64,000 nucleotides of DNA, from the NCBI RefSeq assembly GCF_009914755.1, contig NC_060933.1. One strand, given 5' to 3'. Under the pieces are notes generated by a model. That model made no database searches. It was not told the DNA's origin and was given only the letters and a program-made list of their open reading frames with translations. The stretch comes from the human T2T-CHM13v2.0 reference genome, Homo sapiens. The translations under genes were made by a program, and so were the position numbers. Below, one piece after another: positions 58,201 to 64,000 of this stretch. Numbering within the stretch: position 1 is the first letter of the stretch; each line of letters begins with the position of its first letter.

Positions 58201-59850
58201 TCCGTACCATTCCATTCCATTCCATTCCATTCCATTCCACTCCACTCCATGCCATTCCACTCGGGTTTATTCCATTCCTTTCCATTCCATTCGGGTTGAA
58301 TCCATTCCATTCCATTCCATTCCATTCGATTCCATTACATTGCACTCGGGTTGATTCCATTCCATTCCATTCCATTCCATTCCATTCCATTCCACTCCTT
58401 TCCATGCCATTCCACGCGGGTTTATTCCATTCCTTTCCATTCCATTCGTGTTGAATCCATTCCATTCCATTCCATTCCATTCGATTCCATTACACTGCAC
58501 TCGGGTTGATTCCATTCCATTCCATTCCATTCCATTTCATTCCATTCCATTCCATTCCATTCCATTCCATTCCATGCCATTCCACTCGTGTTGATTCCAT
58601 TCCTTTGCATTCCATTCGTGTTGAACCCATTCCATTCCATTCCATTCCATTGCACACAGGTTCATTCCATTCCATTCCATTCCATTCCATTCCATTCCAT
58701 TCCGTTCCATTCCATTCCATTCCATTCCATTCCATTCCATTTCGTTCCATTCCATTCTATTCTGTACCATTCCATTCCATTCCATTCCACTCCATTCCAT
58801 GCCATTCCACTCGGGTTTATTCCATTCCTTTTCATTCCATTTGGGTTGAATCCATTCCATTCCATTCCCTTCCTTTCGATTCCAATATATTGCACACGGG
58901 TTGATTCCATTCCATTCCATTCCGTTCCATTCAGGATGACTCCATTCCATTGCATTCCATTCCATTCCATTCCCCTGCACTCGGGTTCATTACATTCCAT
59001 TCCATTCCCATCCACTCCATTCCATTCCATTCCATTCCATTTCAATCGAGTTGATTCCATTCCATTCCATTCCATTCCATTCAATTCCGGATGATTCCAT
59101 TCCATTGCCTTCCATTCCACTCCATTCCCCTGCACTCGGGTTGATTCCATTCCATTCCATTCCATTCCATTCCATTCCATTTCGTTCCATTCCACTCTAT
59201 TCCGTACCATTCCATTCCATTCCTTTCCATTCCAATCCATGCTATTCCACTCAGGTTGATTCCATTCCTTTCCATTCCATTCGAGTTCAATCCATTCCAT
59301 TCCATTCCATTCCATTCGATTCCATTCCATTGCACACGGGTTCATTTCATTCCATTCCATTCCATTCCATTCCATTTACTTCCATTCCATTCTATTCCAT
59401 ACCATTCCATTCCATTCCATTCCATTCCACTCCATTCCATGCTATTCCTCTCGGGTTTATTCCATTCCTTTCCATTCCATTCGGATTGAATCCATTCCTT
59501 TCCATTCAATTCCATTCCACTCGATTCCATTACATTGCACTCGTGTTGTTTCCATTCCATTCCATTCCATTCCATTTCATTCTATTCCATTCCATTCCAA
59601 TCCATTGCACACGGGTTCATTCCATTCCATTCCATTCCATTCCATTCCATTCCATTCCATTTCGTTCCATTCCATTCTATTCCGTACCATTCCATTCCAT
59701 TCCATTCCATTCCATTCCATTCCATTCCATGCCATTCCACTCGGTTTTTTCCATTCCTTTCCATTCCATTCGGGTTGAATCCATTCCTTTCCATTCCATT
59801 CCGTTCAATTCCATTCCATTGCACTCGGGTTGATTCCATTCCATTCCATG
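55260..59850 (-). repeat. ~2.3 kb tandem duplication
   Basis: Marker pairs at 55263/57588, TATATTCCGT 55901/58196, TACACTGCAC 56186/58491 and TCCCATCCAC 56701/59006. Confidence 0.8.
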
Positions 59851-61069
59851 CCATTCCATTTCATTCCGTTCCATTCCATTCCATTACATTCGGATTGATT
59901 CTTTTCAATTCCCTTACACTCCATTACATTCCATTCCATTCGGGTAGTTTCCGTTCCATTCCATTCCATTCCACTCCATTGCATTGCACTCGGGTTGATA
60001 GATTCCATTCCATTCCATTCCATTCCATTCCATTCCATTCCATTCCGGATGAATCCATTCCATTGCATTCCATTCCATTCCATTCCCCTGCACTCGGGTT
60101 GATTCCATTCCATTCCATTCCATTCCATTCCGTTCCATTCCATTCCATTCCATTCCATTCTGTTCAGGTTAATTCCATTCCATTCCATTCCATTCCATTC
60201 CATTCCATTCCATTCCATTCCATTCCATTCCATTGCAATCGAGTTGTTTCCATTGCATTCCATTCCATTCCATTCCATTGCATTCCATTGCATTCCATTC
60301 CCCTGCACTCAGGTTGAATCCATTCCATTCCATTCCATTCCATTCCATTCAATTCCGGATGATTCCATTCCATTGCCTTCCATTCCACTCCATTCCCCTG
60401 CACTCGGGTTGATTCCATTCCATTCCATTCCATTCCATTCCATTCCATTCCATTCCATTCCATTTCGTTCCATTCCACTCTATTCCGTACCATTCCATTC
60501 CATTCCTTTCCATTCCAATCCATGCTATTCCACTCGGGTTGATTCCATTCCTTTCCATTCCATTCGAGTTGAATCCATTCCATTCCATTCCATTCCATTC
60601 GATTCCATTCCATTGCACACGTGTTCATTCCATTCCATTCCATTCCATTCCATTCCATTCCATTTAGTTCCATTCCATTCTATTACATACCATTCCATTC
60701 CATTCCATTCCATTCCACTCCATTCCATGCTATTCCTCTCGGGTTTATTCCATTCCTTTCCATTCCATTCGGGTTGAATCCATTCCATTCCATTCAATTC
60801 CATTCCACTCGATTCCATTACATTGCACTCGTGTTGTTTCCATTCCATTCCATTCCATTCCATTTCATTCCATTCCATTCCATTCCATTCCATTCCATTC
60901 CATTCCATGCCATTCCACTCGGGTTGATTCCATTCCTTTCCATTCCATTCGAGTTGAAACCATTCCATTCCATTCCATTCCATTCCATTCCATTCCATTC
61001 CAATCCATTGCACACGGGTTCATTCCATTGCATTCCATTCCATTCCATTCCATTCCATTCCATTCCATT

Positions 61070-63370
61070 CCATTTCTTTCCATTCAATTCTATTCCTTAC
61101 CATTCCATTCCATTCCATTCCATTCCATGCCATTCCACTCGGGTTTATTCCATTCCTTTCCATTCCATTCGGGTTGAATCCATTCCTTTCCATTCCATTC
61201 CGTTCAATTCCATTCCATTGCACTCGGGTTGATTCCATTCCATTCCATGCCATTCCATTTCATTCCGTTCCATTCCATTCCATTACATTCGGATTGATTC
61301 TTTTCAATTCCCTTACACTCCATTACATTCCATTCCATTCGGGTAGTTTCCATTCCATTCCATTCCATTCCACTCCATTGCTTTGCACTCGGGTTCATTG
61401 ATTCCATTCCATTGCATTCCATTCCATTCCATTCCATTCCGGATGAATCCATTCCATTGCATTCCATTCCATTCCATTCCCCTGCACTCGGGTTGATTCC
61501 ATTCCATTCCATTCCATTCCATTCCGTTCCATTCCATTCCATTCCATTCCATTCTGTTCAGGTTAATTCCATTCCATTCCATTCCATTCCATTCCATTCC
61601 ATTCCATTCCATTCCATTGCAATCGAGTTGTCTCCATTGCATTCCATTCCATTCCATTCCATTCCATTCCATTGCAATCGAGTTGTTTCCATTGCATTCC
61701 ATTCCATTCCATTCCATTGCATTCCATTGCATTCCATTCCCCTGCACTCAGGTTGATTCCATTCCATTCCATTCCATTCCATTCTATTCGCGTTAATTCC
61801 ATTCCATTCCATTCCATTACATTCCTTTGCAATCGACTTGATTCCATTCCATTCCATTCCATTCCATTTAATTCAAGTCCTTTCCATTCCATTCCACTCG
61901 TGTTTATTCCATTTTATTAGTTTCCATTCCAATCCTTTCCCTTCCATTCCACTCTGGTTGATTCCATTCCTTTCCATTCCACTCGAATTCATTCCCTTCT
62001 ATTCCACTCGGAATGATTCCATTCCATTCCGTTCCATTCCATTCCATTCGATTCTATTTCCTACCATTGCTTTCTATTCCGTACCATTCCATTTCATTCC
62101 ATTCCATGCCATTCCACTCTGGTTGATTCCATTGCTTTCCATTCCATTTGGGTTGAATCCATTCCATTCCATTCCATTCCATTCCATTCCATTGCACTAG
62201 GTTTGATTCCATTCCACTGCATTCCATTCCATTCCATTCCATTCCATTCCATTCCATTCCATTCCGTTCCATTCAGTTCCATTACATTCGGATTGATTCT
62301 TTTTAATTCCCTCAGACTCCATTACATTCCATTCCATTCGGGTACTTTCCATTCCATTCCATTCCATTCCATTCCATTCCACTGCATTATATTGCACTCG
62401 GGTTTATTGATTCCATTCCATTGCATTCCATTCCATTCCATTCCATTCCGGATGATTCCATTCCATTGCATTCCATTCTATTCCATTCCCCTGCACTCGG
62501 GTTGATTCCATTCCATTCCATTCCATTCTATTCCGTTCCGTTCCATTCGATTCCATTCCATTCTGTTCAGGTTAATTCCATTCCATTCCATTCCCTTCCA
62601 TTCCATTCCATTCCATTCCATTGCAATCGAATTGATTCCATTGCATTCCATTTCATTCCATTCCATTGCATTCCATTCCATTCCTATCCCCTGCACTCAG
62701 GTTGATTCCATTCCATTCCATTCCATTCCATTCCATTCTATTCCATTCCATTCTATTCGCGGTAATTCCATTCCATTCCATTCCATTACCTTCCATTGCA
62801 ATCGAGTTGATTCCATTCCATTCCGTTCCTTTCCATTCCATTCCATTCAAATCCTTTCCATTCCATTCCAGTCGTGTTGATTCCATTTTATTAGTTTCCA
62901 TTCCATTCCATTCCCTTCCATTCCACTCTGGTTGATTCCATTCCTTTCCATTCCACTCGAATACATTCCCTTCTATTCCACTCGGAATGATTCCATTCCA
63001 TTCCGTTCAATTCCATTCCATTCCATTCCATTTCTTTCCATTCCATTCTATTCCGTACCATTCCATTCCATTCCACTCCATTCCATTCCATTCCATTCCA
63101 TTCCATTCCATTCCATTCCATTCCATTCCATTCCATGCCATTCCACTCGGGTTGATTCCATTGCTTTCCATTCCATTTGGGTTGAATCCATTCCATTCCA
63201 TTCCATTCCATTCCATTCCATTCAATTGCACTAGGTTTGATTCCATTCCACTGCATTCCATTCCATTCCATTCCATTCCATTCCACTCCATTCCATTCCA
63301 TTCCCCCGCACTCGGGTTCATTCCATTCCATTGCATTTCCTTCCATTCCATTCCATTCCATTCCATTCCA
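61070..63370 (-). repeat. Second copy of the 46630-48830 block
   Basis: Same ordered set of rare variants; near-identical ORFs 46766/61204. Confidence 0.85.
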
Positions 63371-64000
63371 TTCCATTCCATTGCATTCCATTCCATTCCA
63401 TTGCAATCGAGTTGATTCCATTCCATTCTTTCTATTCAATTCCGGATGATTCCATTCCATTGCCTTCAATTCCATTCCATTCCCCTGCACTCGGGTTGAT
63501 TCCATTCCATTCCATTCCATTCCATTCCATTCCATTCCATTTCATTCTATTCCATTTCTTTCCATTCCATTCTATTCCGTACCATTCCATTCCATTCCAT
63601 TCCATTCCATTCCATTCCATTCCATTCCATTCTATTCGGGTTAATTCCATTCCACTCCATTCCATTCCATTCCATTCCATTCCATTCCATTCCATGCCAT
63701 TCCACTCGGGTTGATTCCATTGCTTTCCATTCCATTCGAGTTGAATACATTCCAATCCATTCCATTGCATTCGATTCCATTCCATTGCACACGGGTTCAT
63801 TCCATTCCATTCCATTCCATTCCATTGCATTCGAGTTGATTCCATTACATTCCATTCAATTCCGGATGATTCCATTCCATTGCCTTCAATTCCATTCCAT
63901 TCCCCTGCACTCGGGTTGATTCCATTCCATTCCATTCCATTTCATTCCATTCCATATCGTTCCATTCCATTCTATTCCATACCATTCCATTCCATTCCAT

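Larger units (their letters stand above)
30101..64000 (-). repeat. Satellite III (HSat3) array, inverted ((ATTCC)n on +)
   Basis: (CATTC)n with ACTCGGGTTG / ATCGAGTTG motifs, the exact reverse complements of the left-arm motifs. Confidence 0.97.
41000..64000 (-). repeat. HSat3 sub-domain A' (right, inverted A)
   Basis: Reverse complements of the A markers: TTGCACACGGGTTCA (many, from ~43253), CTATTAGGGTTA (~42060, ~43120, ~45542), GCACTAGGTTTG (~48665, ~51764, ~54632, ~62194, ~63228) and TTTCAATCGAG. Confidence 0.72.

Noticed and set aside
186-63935. Hundreds of ORFs up to 478 aa (MEWNG / IPFHS repeats)
   Set aside because: Pure (GGAAT)n has no stop codon in any frame and supplies an ATG every 5 bp. 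The ORFs overlap in all frames and only reflect the pentamer. There is no evidence of coding function.
1-64000. CRISPR-like repeat/spacer pattern of recurring modules
   Set aside because: The intervening sequences are GGAAT repeats rather than unique spacers, there are no cas genes, and the context is eukaryotic satellite.
1-64000. HSat2, alpha satellite or telomeric repeat
   Set aside because: No dominant CATTCGATTC/GATGATTCC 23-26 bp HSat2 units, no 171-bp monomers or CENP-B boxes, and no TTAGGG arrays (only isolated TTAGGG hexamers, for example ~20521 and ~27338).

Overview
The whole 64 kb window is primate (most likely human) classical Satellite III / HSat3 pericentromeric DNA: (GGAAT)n pentamers punctuated by CAACCCGAGT-type decamers. 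I see no genes, transposons or unique sequence, and every listed ORF is a translation artefact of the pentamer. There is one abrupt strand switch at about 30,100, with the G-rich strand on + to the left and the C-rich strand on + to the right. The switch sits inside a mirror arrangement of sequence sub-domains: A (1-6.4 kb), B (6.4-30.1 kb), then B' (30.1-41 kb), A' (41-64 kb). The junction looks like a diverged fold-back, with a 15-bp hairpin and re-entry about 130 bp upstream. The B/B' domains, but not A/A', carry about 20 copies of GGAATCTTCCGGAAT, a perfect three-unit heat-shock element. Several nested kb-scale duplications are also visible. All counts and coordinates were read by eye and are approximate unless given to the base.
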